From positions 2,100,011 through 2,164,010 of the forward strand of contig NC_019977.1 in the NCBI RefSeq assembly GCF_000328665.1: a stretch of DNA of 64,000 nucleotides. Reading direction: 5' to 3'. Below, piece after piece: positions 31,560 to 41,666 of this stretch (the first letter of the stretch is position 1; the number at the start of each line of letters is the position of its first letter). Both the position numbers and the translations under genes were made by a program. The DNA is from Methanomethylovorans hollandica DSM 15978. GTDB lineage: Archaea > Halobacteriota > Methanosarcinia > Methanosarcinales > Methanosarcinaceae. The notes below the pieces were generated by a model that searched no databases, was not told the origin of the DNA, and saw only the letters and a program-made list of their open reading frames with translations.

Positions 31560-31769
31560 ATGAGCTCAGGCAATATAAGAGGGAATATTAAAACAGGTTT
31601 GAATGTGGGAATTGTTCTGAAAAAAGATCAATCTACCGGAAGGATAACACGTGGTGTTGTGAAGAGGATATTAACCAATTCTTCAACTCATCCACATGGA
31701 ATCAAAGTGCAATTAGAAGACGGCTGTGTAGGAAGAGTTAAGGAAATCTATACCTCAGATACCGCTTAA
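31560..31769 (+). CDS. YwbE family protein
   Basis: VLKKDQ.TG..TRGVVKRILTNS.THPHGIKV. Confidence 0.9.
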   Translation: MSSGNIRGNIKTGLNVGIVLKKDQSTGRITRGVVKRILTNSSTHPHGIKVQLEDGCVGRVKEIYTSDTA

Positions 31770-31826
31770 GGTCCAGTTTTATCCTATGGAACCAAAATAT
31801 GTATCAATTTATCCGATCCTCTATTA

Positions 31827-32666
31827 ATGGGTGATATGATGCACAGAGAGATCGATGAAGAACTGCCGGGAACTGAAAGAATGCCTGTACTGTTCATAGG
31901 ACATGGCTCGCCTTTGAATATAATTCTAAATAACAGCTATACAGACAGCCTAGTGCGTCTTGGAAAAAGCCTTCCAAAGCCCAGGGCCATACTGGTAGTT
32001 TCAGCACACTGGCTTACAAATGGAACATATGTCACATGCAATGAAAAACCAAGACTTATCTATGATTTCTACGGTTTTCCCCGCGAATTGTATGGGGTAA
32101 AGTACTCCAGCCCTGGATCACCTGACATCGCAAGGCTTACGTGCGCAACAGTACGCAAAGTGCAGGTCAAATGCAGTAATGATTGGGGGCTGGATCATGC
32201 TTCATGGGCTGTCTTAAAGCACATGTACCCAAAAGCCGACATCCCTGTTTTCGAAATGAGCCTGGATTACTCCTTTAATGAATGGCATCCCAAAATGATC
32301 CAGCATCATTACGATCTGGCATCAGAACTTGGAGAATTGCGCAAAAAGGGTGTTTTGATCATTGGAAGTGGTAATATAGTCCATAACTTGGGGATGCTCG
32401 ATTTTCGTAACATCGATGCAAAACCTTTTGACTGGGCTGTGGAATTTGATGAAAAAGTAAAATACAATCTACTTTCAGGGAACCACAGGGACCTCATTGA
32501 TTACCGGAATATGGGAAGAACTGCACATTTTGCAGTGCCTACTCTTGAACACTATTTGCCTATGATCTATGCTCTAGCCTTGCAGAAAAAAGATGATCAT
32601 TTGGAGTTTGTGCATGAAGGGTTCCAGTATGGTTCAGTTTCCATGAGAAGTTTCCGTATAGGCTGA
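31827..32666 (+). CDS. ygiD: 4,5-DOPA extradiol dioxygenase (YgiD/LigB family)
   Basis: FIGHGSP, VSAHW, WGLDHASW, GSGNIVHNL, PTLEHYLP. Confidence 0.9.
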   Translation: MGDMMHREIDEELPGTERMPVLFIGHGSPLNIILNNSYTDSLVRLGKSLPKPRAILVVSAHWLTNGTYVTCNEKPRLIYDFYGFPRELYGVKYSSPGSPDIARLTCATVRKVQVKCSNDWGLDHASWAVLKHMYPKADIPVFEMSLDYSFNEWHPKMIQHHYDLASELGELRKKGVLIIGSGNIVHNLGMLDFRNIDAKPFDWAVEFDEKVKYNLLSGNHRDLIDYRNMGRTAHFAVPTLEHYLPMIYALALQKKDDHLEFVHEGFQYGSVSMRSFRIG

Positions 32667-32810
32667 TCCCATACAAGGAAGTGTTATTAACGTATTAACG
32701 TATGAATAAGTTACAGAAGGAAGTGTCAGGACAGGCCAGGGGCTGTCCTCATTTATGGATATCATCAGGGATTCCTGCCCATAATTCACTTTCAGTACAT
32801 ATTCTCTGTT

Positions 32811-34436
32811 TTAGTCTTCTTGTCGCAATTCTCTTAGTATGACAACAAGATCATTCTTTACTATTTCAGCATGATGAGGAAGTTTCAGATTTTCAAATGT
32901 TTCAAGTGCTTCACCATAGGATTTTGCTGCTTTTTCGAGATTATTGTTCATATCTTCAACATCTGCCATGCAAGTGTATGCCATCCCAAGGTTCTTCCAA
33001 GCCATTGCATATTGCAGGGAGAATTCTTTGAGGGTTCTTGCTTTGATGGCTTCCTCATAGGCTCCTATAGCTTTTTCCAGGTTTTTCTTCCTCTCGTCAA
33101 CTGCTGCCAGGTCACTGTATGCAAGTCCCACATTGTTCCAGTTCATTGCATGGTCCATAGGGAATTCGTCCAGCGTGTACACTTTGAGCGCGTTCTCATG
33201 TGCTATGATGGCTTTTTCCAGGTTTGGTTTTCTTTCTTCCACCGCTGCCATATCCCTATATGCAAATCCCAGACTACTCTGGACCATTGCGTGATCGAGG
33301 GGAAATTCTTCCGGGGGTCTTAATCTCAGTGCTTGTTCATATGCTTTGACAGCGGCTTTCAAGAACTCGGCTTTTTGTACCCTGACGAGAGAATACGAGG
33401 AAGCTTCGTTGCCAATACCTGTAAGGACAGCGTAATTTAGCGAAAAGGTGTCTACCATCTCATTGAGGACCAAGAGTTTCGATGCTGTTTCATTGAGTTT
33501 AACTATCTTTTCCAGATATACTTCTTCAAAATGGATCTTGTTTTGATCACGTACAGAAACTAATTCACTGCCTTTAAGCGGACCAAGCACATGTTCCCAC
33601 TCTAATTCAGCATCAGGGTGATCCTTTGTATAGACGGTTTCTATCAGTGCATAAGGGAACAGATGATTTCCCTCATATATGCCACACATATGCAGCTTCT
33701 TTATTATTCTTAATAGTTCTTTTTCCCTTTCCATAAGAGCATCATATCTTCTTCTCATTTCATGCAATTTCATGAAAACAGAACCAAGGGTCCCGTCAAA
33801 ATCTATATATTCCCACTTGATATCTTCTCTTTCACCTATTCTCTGAGCTTCATCTTTGGAGATAAGACCAATGTCAATAATATTATTGCCAAAAATAGTT
33901 CCAATATCAACCTTTTTACTCACAAGTTCTAACTTCTCATCGCTCTGACAAGTTGCAACGATGAGAAAATGTTTAGCCTTGATCATATCCATTATCTTTC
34001 CAAAACTGCTCATTCCAACAAATCTGTCAAGATCGTCTAGGATAACAATTTCAATGTTCATCCCATAATTATCTGCAAACGGATAATCCCCTGAATCAAG
34101 ATCTTCAGGGAGGGGAATGATCACATCGACCAGGGAACCCATGCTTTTCAGTACTTCAAAGGCAGTTCTGGTCTTGCCGGCAAGGGCATTTCCCCTGATC
34201 AACACGCTCTTATCTTCAAGCAACAGGTTTCTCAGGATCTCATCTTCTTCACGTGGACGATATTTGCAATAAGGCCTATCCCCCAGCATGTCATTTGGTT
34301 CAAGTCTTGCACCGGATATCCATTTTCGTGTTAAAGACTTTTTTTGCTTTTTTTTCCTTTCAGAATACTTATCGTACAGACCATATAAGAATTTCACACG
34401 AGAAAAAGGAACAGATTCTTTAGTATCACCACTCAT
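32811..34436 (-). CDS. STAND-like P-loop NTPase with C-terminal TPR-type repeats
   Basis: Walker A GNALAGKT, Walker B IVILDDLD; 47-aa repeats (FP.DHAM....LG.AY.D.A.V.E...NLEKAI.AYE.AL); start uncertain (34436 or 34490). Confidence 0.75.
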   Translation of the reverse strand: MSGDTKESVPFSRVKFLYGLYDKYSERKKKQKKSLTRKWISGARLEPNDMLGDRPYCKYRPREEDEILRNLLLEDKSVLIRGNALAGKTRTAFEVLKSMGSLVDVIIPLPEDLDSGDYPFADNYGMNIEIVILDDLDRFVGMSSFGKIMDMIKAKHFLIVATCQSDEKLELVSKKVDIGTIFGNNIIDIGLISKDEAQRIGEREDIKWEYIDFDGTLGSVFMKLHEMRRRYDALMEREKELLRIIKKLHMCGIYEGNHLFPYALIETVYTKDHPDAELEWEHVLGPLKGSELVSVRDQNKIHFEEVYLEKIVKLNETASKLLVLNEMVDTFSLNYAVLTGIGNEASSYSLVRVQKAEFLKAAVKAYEQALRLRPPEEFPLDHAMVQSSLGFAYRDMAAVEERKPNLEKAIIAHENALKVYTLDEFPMDHAMNWNNVGLAYSDLAAVDERKKNLEKAIGAYEEAIKARTLKEFSLQYAMAWKNLGMAYTCMADVEDMNNNLEKAAKSYGEALETFENLKLPHHAEIVKNDLVVILRELRQED

Positions 34437-34517
34437 TCGCAGCACCTTCAACACAAATGTTCCATCTTGCAGGATATATATTTTATGCACTGCTGCTTTA
34501 AAAAATCACATTTATGC

Positions 34518-34640
34518 TCAATAGGTCCTTGGATTTCTGACTGAAGCACCTTTTGCCTGAATATCCTTTACGGGGTCAATGATCATGGTATAACCTTCCT
34601 TTATGCCTTCAGGCAAAAGGAGAAGTATGCATCTATGAGA
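34518..34640 (-). pseudogene. possible DUF3006-like gene remnant
   Basis: Start-less frame ILLLLPEGIKEGYTMIIDPVKDIQAK...TY*; LLPEG.KEG resembles DUF3006, which commonly follows ComEC-like MBL genes. Confidence 0.4.
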
Positions 34641-34642
34641 AT

Positions 34643-35650
34643 TTATTCCCTCACTTTAATAACGGGGAAATGTGAAGAAGTCCCATCCTTCATGCTGTCC
34701 TGATCTGTAGGGTTTCTTTCAGTGATCACTTCCCAGGTTAAACCATCAGTTGTGACAGTTATGGTACCGTGGTGATCTGTTCTGTAAATCGTGGATACGT
34801 TCTGCAATCTTTCGAGGATCTCAGCATGAGGATAGCCATAGTCATTATCTGTGCCCACTGAGATAATACTTATGCCAGGACTTACCTCTTCAATAAAGCT
34901 TGCTCCGGAAGCATCAGTGCTAGCATGGTGACCCACCTTGAGGATATCGGAATCCACATAATAGCCTTCATATATGATGCTGTCTTCCGTTTCAAGGCCT
35001 GCATCTCCCATGAGCAGGAACGAGACATTATTATCTATGATCCTGAGAACTATTGAATTCTCATTGATCTCTTTGGAGTGCTGTTTCTGCGGGTTCAGTA
35101 CCTGGACCTGTATGCCGGGAGCAAAGTCCAGAGCTTTCCCTCTTTCTGCTACCTGGAAAGAGATGCTTTTATTTTCAATGATACCAAGCATTTCTTCGTA
35201 TATCTGTGTTGTATGAGGATAGCCCGAGTCCACGAAATTACCTACAGGATATTCATTAAGGATTGTGAGAAGGCCGCCTATGTTGTCCTCATGCGGATGG
35301 GTCGCTACCACATAATCAAGGCTGGATATTCTCAGCTCCCTGAGAAATACTGAAACACTCGCACCCTTATCCCTTCCACCGGCATCTATAAGCATTGTCG
35401 CATTGGCACATTCAACGAGAATGGAGTCACCCTGCCCAACATCTATAAAGTGGATTGTCAGGTTGTCTATTTGAGTGTCAGATGATACTTGTTCATGCAA
35501 AGCATCTTGATCTACAAAAGCGTTCTCATCAAGGCCAGTAGTAGTATTATTTGGGGGCTGAACCGCAGATCCGGGCGGGCGTTCCTTTGGCTCTCCTAGC
35601 AGGACACCTAGCATCACTAGCACAATGAAAGCTATTAGTATCCATTTCAA
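34643..35650 (-). CDS. ComEC/Rec2-like MBL-fold hydrolase, membrane anchored
   Basis: IHFIDVGQGDS, LIDAG, HPHEDN, NENSIV, LKVGHH, YRTD. Confidence 0.85.
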   Translation of the reverse strand: MKWILIAFIVLVMLGVLLGEPKERPPGSAVQPPNNTTTGLDENAFVDQDALHEQVSSDTQIDNLTIHFIDVGQGDSILVECANATMLIDAGGRDKGASVSVFLRELRISSLDYVVATHPHEDNIGGLLTILNEYPVGNFVDSGYPHTTQIYEEMLGIIENKSISFQVAERGKALDFAPGIQVQVLNPQKQHSKEINENSIVLRIIDNNVSFLLMGDAGLETEDSIIYEGYYVDSDILKVGHHASTDASGASFIEEVSPGISIISVGTDNDYGYPHAEILERLQNVSTIYRTDHHGTITVTTDGLTWEVITERNPTDQDSMKDGTSSHFPVIKVRE

Positions 35651-35817
35651 TTCCTTTTTGATTATATCCCCTCTACACAGCAGATAAAATAAGCGTTGAG
35701 ACCTAATGCAGATAAAGTTTTCTTGTGAGAGGTCATGGAATATATTTTAGTGAGAGTAGATTAGAAAAATTGAGGATATGGTACAATCAATTTATATATA
35801 ATTATTTGATCCATATT

Positions 35818-36582
35818 CTACACCAGCAGCAATCCCCGCTGCCAGTCGTTCACAATGCGTATACCTACCCGTGTATCGTCTACCTCTCCTTTCTTTTTAA
35901 GGCAGTTTGCCTGCCGGCCAATGAGTTCGAGCACATCATAAGAGTCCTGGCTCTCGATGGTCACCTTGTAGAAGGCTTCCAGGGCAGTTCTGTTCTCAGC
36001 ACACATTTTCTCTATGATCTTCAAAGCCACCCCTATGGGATCCTTCAGATGAGTAGCGTCCTTTATACCAAGCATCCCCTGAATGTATTCGTCATGCTCA
36101 TCAAAAGGTATCACTCCCGGGGTATCGATGAACTTGATCCGGGAACCAGCATTCACGAGCTGTACCCCTTTTGTGTGGCCTGAGATGGAAGAAGTGCTGG
36201 TTCTGTGCCTTCCTACCACGCCATTGATTACGGAAGATTTCCCGGTATTGGGATATCCAAGGCTTCCGACAAGTATGTCCCGGTCCTTAATGTTGGCGAG
36301 TTCAAGGATCCTGTGCCTTAGCATTGTTGTGCCGAACCTCTCTTTGCTGGATATGAATACAACAGGAGCAATCTTAGACAGGAGGGATTTCTTTTTCTCA
36401 AGGGTTTCCTGAGATACAAGATCACATTTGCTCATGACTATGATAAAAGGTTTCTTTGCACGTACTATTTCAGCTTCCACCTCGCTGTTCCTTGTCTCAT
36501 CCGGAAAACGGGCATCTACCACTTCAAGCAGGACATCAGCCTTTCTGATGACATCCTTTACCATTACCTTGTAGCTTGCCAT
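35818..36582 (-). CDS. circularly permuted ribosome-biogenesis GTPase (RbgA/YlqF family)
   Basis: VDARFP, SKCD (G4), GYPNTGKSS (G1), DTPG (G3). Confidence 0.9.
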   Translation of the reverse strand: MASYKVMVKDVIRKADVLLEVVDARFPDETRNSEVEAEIVRAKKPFIIVMSKCDLVSQETLEKKKSLLSKIAPVVFISSKERFGTTMLRHRILELANIKDRDILVGSLGYPNTGKSSVINGVVGRHRTSTSSISGHTKGVQLVNAGSRIKFIDTPGVIPFDEHDEYIQGMLGIKDATHLKDPIGVALKIIEKMCAENRTALEAFYKVTIESQDSYDVLELIGRQANCLKKKGEVDDTRVGIRIVNDWQRGLLLV

Positions 36583-36651
36583 GGTACACGTAATGCTCCA
36601 TGAGCATATAAGGATGTCAGAATAGGCCCTCGATAGAAGTCCGGTCTACAA

Positions 36652-37962
36652 TTATTTTTCATTCCCGGAGGCAGAAAAGGTGTCTATTCTTCTTGCAAGC
36701 CTATAGGAAATATCCGACAGATAAGCAGTACCCCATGCAGCCACAACAAGTGCACCAAGCAGATCAAAGAACATATCACGCATCGTATCATCAATCCCGT
36801 GCTGTGTTAAAAACGCATCCATCTCAAACTTAGCTACCATCTCATCTGTAAGGAATTCGAGGATCTCCCATATTACACCTGCTGCGAGGATGAAAAGAAG
36901 GATGAATACAAACATGAATTTGGGAGGTATGTATAACTCATCAGTGTAGATATCAATGGCCCTTATCACCACATATCCTGCAGCTGCAATTACACTTGCA
37001 GAAAGTGCATGGGTCAGGTTGTCCCATCTTGCTACTGTTTCATAGAATGACACAGTACCTAGCGTATGCAAGAAAACGGCAAGAGTGATCCACAATGCCA
37101 GGCTGGGATCGAGTGAGATATAGTATTTATGGGTAAGGACAATTGGCACAAAAGTAATGCCCAATGCTATAATTGCATTAAGTACTACATGGGTGTCCTT
37201 CAAATATATCCCAACGAACATCATTATCAACAGACATGCCTGCATGACCCTTGTTGCAAGCTCTAGTTTTTTTTTCGATATACCAAGCAATTTACGGATA
37301 GGTTCAGGTGGTCTAGCTGATGTGTATGCGGGAACGTCCCGTTCATCCTTTGAGGGAAATCTAACTATACTGGGAATAGATCCTCCTCTGGATCTAAAGT
37401 ACCATCCAAAGATAAGACCTGCGACAATACCTGCAACTGTAGCATACATGAACTCATACATTACCGCAGTGTTGACAGCTTCCTTGGACCTGCCATCTAG
37501 AATGAAACTTGTTCCAATATTTGTGTCCAGTAACCATTGCATAAGGTACCATAGACCCGATATTGCAAGAGTGGTAATGAAAACGAAAAGAATTGCAAAT
37601 TTGTGATTCATTTTCACAGAAGTGAACCAGTTGATCTCTGCAGCTAACAGCAGTGCAATAGTTGCTACTGAGATATAATGAAGTATACTGCTGGAAAAAA
37701 ACTGATAATCTATTGCATTTCCAACTATTGGTAATGCAACTAACATTAAAAGATACCATGGTGGCATGATTGACAAATTCTTAAAGAACAATGCTGGAAG
37801 GAGTATTATACAGATAGCGAATGAACTAAGGATACCCCATGTATATCTGCCATCCATAAAATCCATGAAGGTCAGAAAAACCAGGCCCGATAGGATCATC
37901 CAGGATAAGATCGCATTTCTAGAGGTATTTAAAAGAAGTTTGCTAAGCTTATCTCTGTCCAT
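36652..37962 (-). CDS. polytopic membrane protein, internally duplicated DUF2238/YjdF-like halves
   Basis: WDNLTHA...WEILEF...DTMRD in the C-terminal half, with a degenerate equivalent in the N-terminal half. Confidence 0.65.
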   Translation of the reverse strand: MDRDKLSKLLLNTSRNAILSWMILSGLVFLTFMDFMDGRYTWGILSSFAICIILLPALFFKNLSIMPPWYLLMLVALPIVGNAIDYQFFSSSILHYISVATIALLLAAEINWFTSVKMNHKFAILFVFITTLAISGLWYLMQWLLDTNIGTSFILDGRSKEAVNTAVMYEFMYATVAGIVAGLIFGWYFRSRGGSIPSIVRFPSKDERDVPAYTSARPPEPIRKLLGISKKKLELATRVMQACLLIMMFVGIYLKDTHVVLNAIIALGITFVPIVLTHKYYISLDPSLALWITLAVFLHTLGTVSFYETVARWDNLTHALSASVIAAAGYVVIRAIDIYTDELYIPPKFMFVFILLFILAAGVIWEILEFLTDEMVAKFEMDAFLTQHGIDDTMRDMFFDLLGALVVAAWGTAYLSDISYRLARRIDTFSASGNEK

Positions 37963-38185
37963 ATTACATCACTTAAATGTCAGGTCTAAACTTTATTGTG
38001 TAGTAGATAATGTTATAAGAATATATAAGTCTGTCAGAGTGCGGATTATCGAACTTCAGATCAATTATATTTCTCCGGTCTTTGTGCCGTGCACTTTTAA
38101 CATCTTTTGAGATCAAGTTTTCTCACATATAATAGTAGACTCATTATATTAATTAATGGTTGATAATAGCAAATTATATATTCAT

Positions 38186-38203
38186 TTAGTATTGTACTAC
38201 TAA
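38186..38203. promoter_or_regulatory. candidate operator for the RND/TrmB operon
   Basis: TTAGTA-N6-TACTAA between TATA-like aaattatata (38171-38180) and ATG 38213. Confidence 0.4.
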
Positions 38204-38212
38204 CAGCATATC

Positions 38213-40537
38213 ATGTCTGTAAAACAAATATTTGAGAAAATTGGGGAATTTGTAGAAAAATCACCCAAAAAAATACTTGCGACAGCCATTATCTTGATGC
38301 TATTGTCATTCATAGGTGCAGGCCTGATAGAACAGAGAAGCGGTACAGATACATTTGTTAAAAAGAATTCTGAGACATACCAGAACTATGACCATCTATA
38401 CAAACAAAACTTTGGTAGTGAGGTCATAGTTGTACTTGTGGAATCTGATGATGTAAGAGAGTCCGAAGTGTTGGAGGCCATTAACAGCTTTGACAGGATA
38501 ATTGAGCAAGACAAGGATGTAGAGAATGTAGTCAGTATGGCATCGCTCATCAAAAGTGCATCCTATTCTGCAACAGGCCGTTCAGAGATTCCTGATGATA
38601 ACACCATCCTGACATTGATCGACCAATTGCCATCTGCTTACGTTGAGCAGTTCATGCCAGACACCACACATACGCTCATAATGATCCAGATGCCTGGCAG
38701 TATAAATGAAGATAACAAGAAAAGGGTCCTTGCTCAAGTAGAAAAAACAGTAGAGATAGTTGACTTTCCAGCAGGTACCACTGCTGTGGCCACTGGTGAG
38801 CCGGCATACATAATAGCGATGTCAGAAGAAATGACCTCCAGTCTTGGAAGCATGTTGTTCCTTGCTTTCGTTCTGATGATAATAGGGCTTAAGATAGTTT
38901 TCAGACATGTTAGATGGTCCTTGCTTCCAATACCGGTTATCCTTGTGGGCTTGATTTATACATTTGGAGCCATGGGTTTGCTGAGCATTCCCATGACTAT
39001 GGCATCAATGGCAGTATTTCCAATCCTTATCGGACTGGGAGCAGATTATGCGATCCAGTTCCAGAGTAGGATCGAAGAGGAGCTCGCAAAGGGAGAGTCT
39101 GCCGAAGAGGCAATAATCGATACGATAAAACACACGGGGCCTGCAGTAGCTATTGCGGTCACGGCAACATCTTTAGGTTTTATAGCGCTGTTCATTTCTC
39201 CTGTTCCCATGATACAGGACTTTGGAAAGATGAGTCTTGTAGGAGTGATCCTGTGTTACCTTGTTGCAATGTTCGTGTTGGTCGCTCTACTATACAGGCT
39301 CGATAGAAGATCATTGGAAAAAGAAGCAGAAAAGAACTTGAAAAAAGAACTTAATGGAAATAAAACAACCGCAGAGCCAACAACAGAGCATAACTCACCT
39401 CTTGGGACATTCCTTGCAAGAGTTTCTCTGCTGACAACAAAACACTATATGATCGTCATCGTACTAGCATCTATTTTTGCAATTGCGGGACTATATGCAG
39501 ATGAACATGTCGGAGTACAGACAGACACAAAGGACTTTGTGCCTCAGGACATGCAGGCACTTCAGGACCTTAACAAGCTTAACAGGGTCATGGGGGGTAG
39601 CGACCAACTAAGTATAATAATCAGGGCAGACGACATAATGGACCCGGACCTGCTACAATGGATGGTCGATTTCAGTGAACTGGAAGAGGAACGCCACAAC
39701 CAGATAACAGGCTCTGGCAGCATTGGTTCATTAATATACTCTGGCTATGGCTCAATACCTTCTGATAAGGACACAGTAATTTCTATAACAGACAGTATGT
39801 CTTCTGTCATTACTGACCAGTACATTGAAGGCGGGAACCTTGGTGTTCTTAACCTTAAACTTGAGAGCAATCTGCAAACACAACAGGTATCTAATATCAT
39901 TGAGGCAGTTGAAAATGATCTGCAGTGGTATGCTCCTCCGCCTGGGGTCACAGTCACTGTCACGGGCAATAAAGTAACAGAAACTTCCATTATAGGTGCC
40001 CTTACATCAGGCAGGACTGCCATGGGTTACCTGGGAATGGCTATTATCTTTATAGGCATGTTACTGATCTACAGGGACTGGATGAAATCCCTGGCAACAA
40101 TACTGCCTATAGTGATGGTCACGGGATGGCTCGGCGGAGTGATGTACCTGTCGGGTATGGAATACAATCCGCTTACAGCCACACTCGGTGCTCTTGCAAT
40201 AGGGATAGGGGCAGAGTTCACTATCCTTATGCTGGAACGTTATTTTGAAGAACGTGACAGGGGACTGGAGCCACTTGATGCCATGGAGACGGCTGCACTT
40301 AGAATAGGACCAGCGATCCTTGCATCAGGTTTTACTGTGATATTCGGTTTTTCAGCTCTTGTAGCATCATCATTCCCAATGCTGCGTGGTTTTGGGATCG
40401 TTACGGTGATAGCTGTAGCTTTTTCATTATTCAGCACCATTGTCGTCCTGCCACCTATTATGGTTAACCTAGACAGGTGGAGATCAGGACGCAAAGCATC
40501 AAAAAAATATATAGAAGATAATAAGGTGAATATATGA
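38213..40537 (+). CDS. RND/MMPL (HAE3) family transporter
   Basis: Two repeats; GLGADYAIQF and GIGAEFTILM. Confidence 0.9.
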   Translation: MSVKQIFEKIGEFVEKSPKKILATAIILMLLSFIGAGLIEQRSGTDTFVKKNSETYQNYDHLYKQNFGSEVIVVLVESDDVRESEVLEAINSFDRIIEQDKDVENVVSMASLIKSASYSATGRSEIPDDNTILTLIDQLPSAYVEQFMPDTTHTLIMIQMPGSINEDNKKRVLAQVEKTVEIVDFPAGTTAVATGEPAYIIAMSEEMTSSLGSMLFLAFVLMIIGLKIVFRHVRWSLLPIPVILVGLIYTFGAMGLLSIPMTMASMAVFPILIGLGADYAIQFQSRIEEELAKGESAEEAIIDTIKHTGPAVAIAVTATSLGFIALFISPVPMIQDFGKMSLVGVILCYLVAMFVLVALLYRLDRRSLEKEAEKNLKKELNGNKTTAEPTTEHNSPLGTFLARVSLLTTKHYMIVIVLASIFAIAGLYADEHVGVQTDTKDFVPQDMQALQDLNKLNRVMGGSDQLSIIIRADDIMDPDLLQWMVDFSELEEERHNQITGSGSIGSLIYSGYGSIPSDKDTVISITDSMSSVITDQYIEGGNLGVLNLKLESNLQTQQVSNIIEAVENDLQWYAPPPGVTVTVTGNKVTETSIIGALTSGRTAMGYLGMAIIFIGMLLIYRDWMKSLATILPIVMVTGWLGGVMYLSGMEYNPLTATLGALAIGIGAEFTILMLERYFEERDRGLEPLDAMETAALRIGPAILASGFTVIFGFSALVASSFPMLRGFGIVTVIAVAFSLFSTIVVLPPIMVNLDRWRSGRKASKKYIEDNKVNI

Positions 40538-41643
40538 TCACTCTTAAAAATTTAAAGTTTATTTCGATCGCAATTCTATTACTCAGTAGTATGCAGTTTG
40601 CATCTGCGGGTATAGACGAGAATGTTGTCGCTGAAATTGCAAGCGATTACTATGATGTGTACGGATCTCCTAATCTGATAGCAAACCTCGCTTGTGATGA
40701 AGTGTTTGAGAGAGGAGAAAAAGGCATCCTTTATGTGAATATACTGAACAATGGGCAGATCACAGGATTTGAAGCCAATGAGGATGAGATAGAAGATGAT
40801 ATAGATGAGTACGGTGAAACACTCACCCGCACTTATATGTCAAGCGAACTTCTGTCAGACCGGGCGATAACAACAGCAGATTCTATGACAGCAACACTTT
40901 CACTTGTTGACCCCGATGCTCCCATAAAGATAGAACAGGATACTTTACTCCTGGGTTCACTGAACGCCGGCAAATCCCTATCTACACCCGCCGAATTCCC
41001 TATAGAAATATACGACAATGCAAAAGCTGGCACTTACGATCTGCAGCTTTATATTGCATACAGGTCCCAGAAGGATTCTGCGGTAACACCTCCTTACGGT
41101 GATACCAACTACTGGTATGAGGATATGAACCAGACAATGATCCTTCAAGTAGTCGTTGAAGAAGAACCGTATTTCAGGATAGATAATGTTGAATCTGATC
41201 TGCGGGCTGGCGATGAAAAAACCATCAATGTAACATATACCAATACAGGAGAGCAGATAGCACGTGAATGTATTGCAAGGATAAGTGTTGTAGATCCTTT
41301 CACAACCACAGACGATCAGGCATATCTGGGAGACATGCATCCCGGCGAGTCAAGGACCGCAATATTCGATCTCAATGTGGCAAAAGATGCGACCGTAAAG
41401 GAGTATTCAATAAGCAGTGAGATAAAATATAAGGACGAACAAGATAAAAGCCAATATTCGGATAATCTTAAATTACCTGTGTATGTTGGTCCTGCAGAAT
41501 CCCTTAATGCCTCTGTTGCAGTTGGACTTGTGCTTCTTGTAGGTATCATCGGTACTCCGGTATATATGATCTCCAGGAAGAGGAAGCAGAATAATTACAA
41601 GAAATATCTGGATAACAAAGAAACAAAGGCAAATGACAAATAA
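40534..41643 (+). CDS. COG1361 S-layer-family Ig-like protein
   Basis: Signal peptide, DPFTTTDDQAYLGD, C-terminal TM; overlaps RND stop. Confidence 0.8.
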   Translation: MITLKNLKFISIAILLLSSMQFASAGIDENVVAEIASDYYDVYGSPNLIANLACDEVFERGEKGILYVNILNNGQITGFEANEDEIEDDIDEYGETLTRTYMSSELLSDRAITTADSMTATLSLVDPDAPIKIEQDTLLLGSLNAGKSLSTPAEFPIEIYDNAKAGTYDLQLYIAYRSQKDSAVTPPYGDTNYWYEDMNQTMILQVVVEEEPYFRIDNVESDLRAGDEKTINVTYTNTGEQIARECIARISVVDPFTTTDDQAYLGDMHPGESRTAIFDLNVAKDATVKEYSISSEIKYKDEQDKSQYSDNLKLPVYVGPAESLNASVAVGLVLLVGIIGTPVYMISRKRKQNNYKKYLDNKETKANDK

Positions 41644-41666
41644 AAGTATCCTGTGAAAGTATTATT

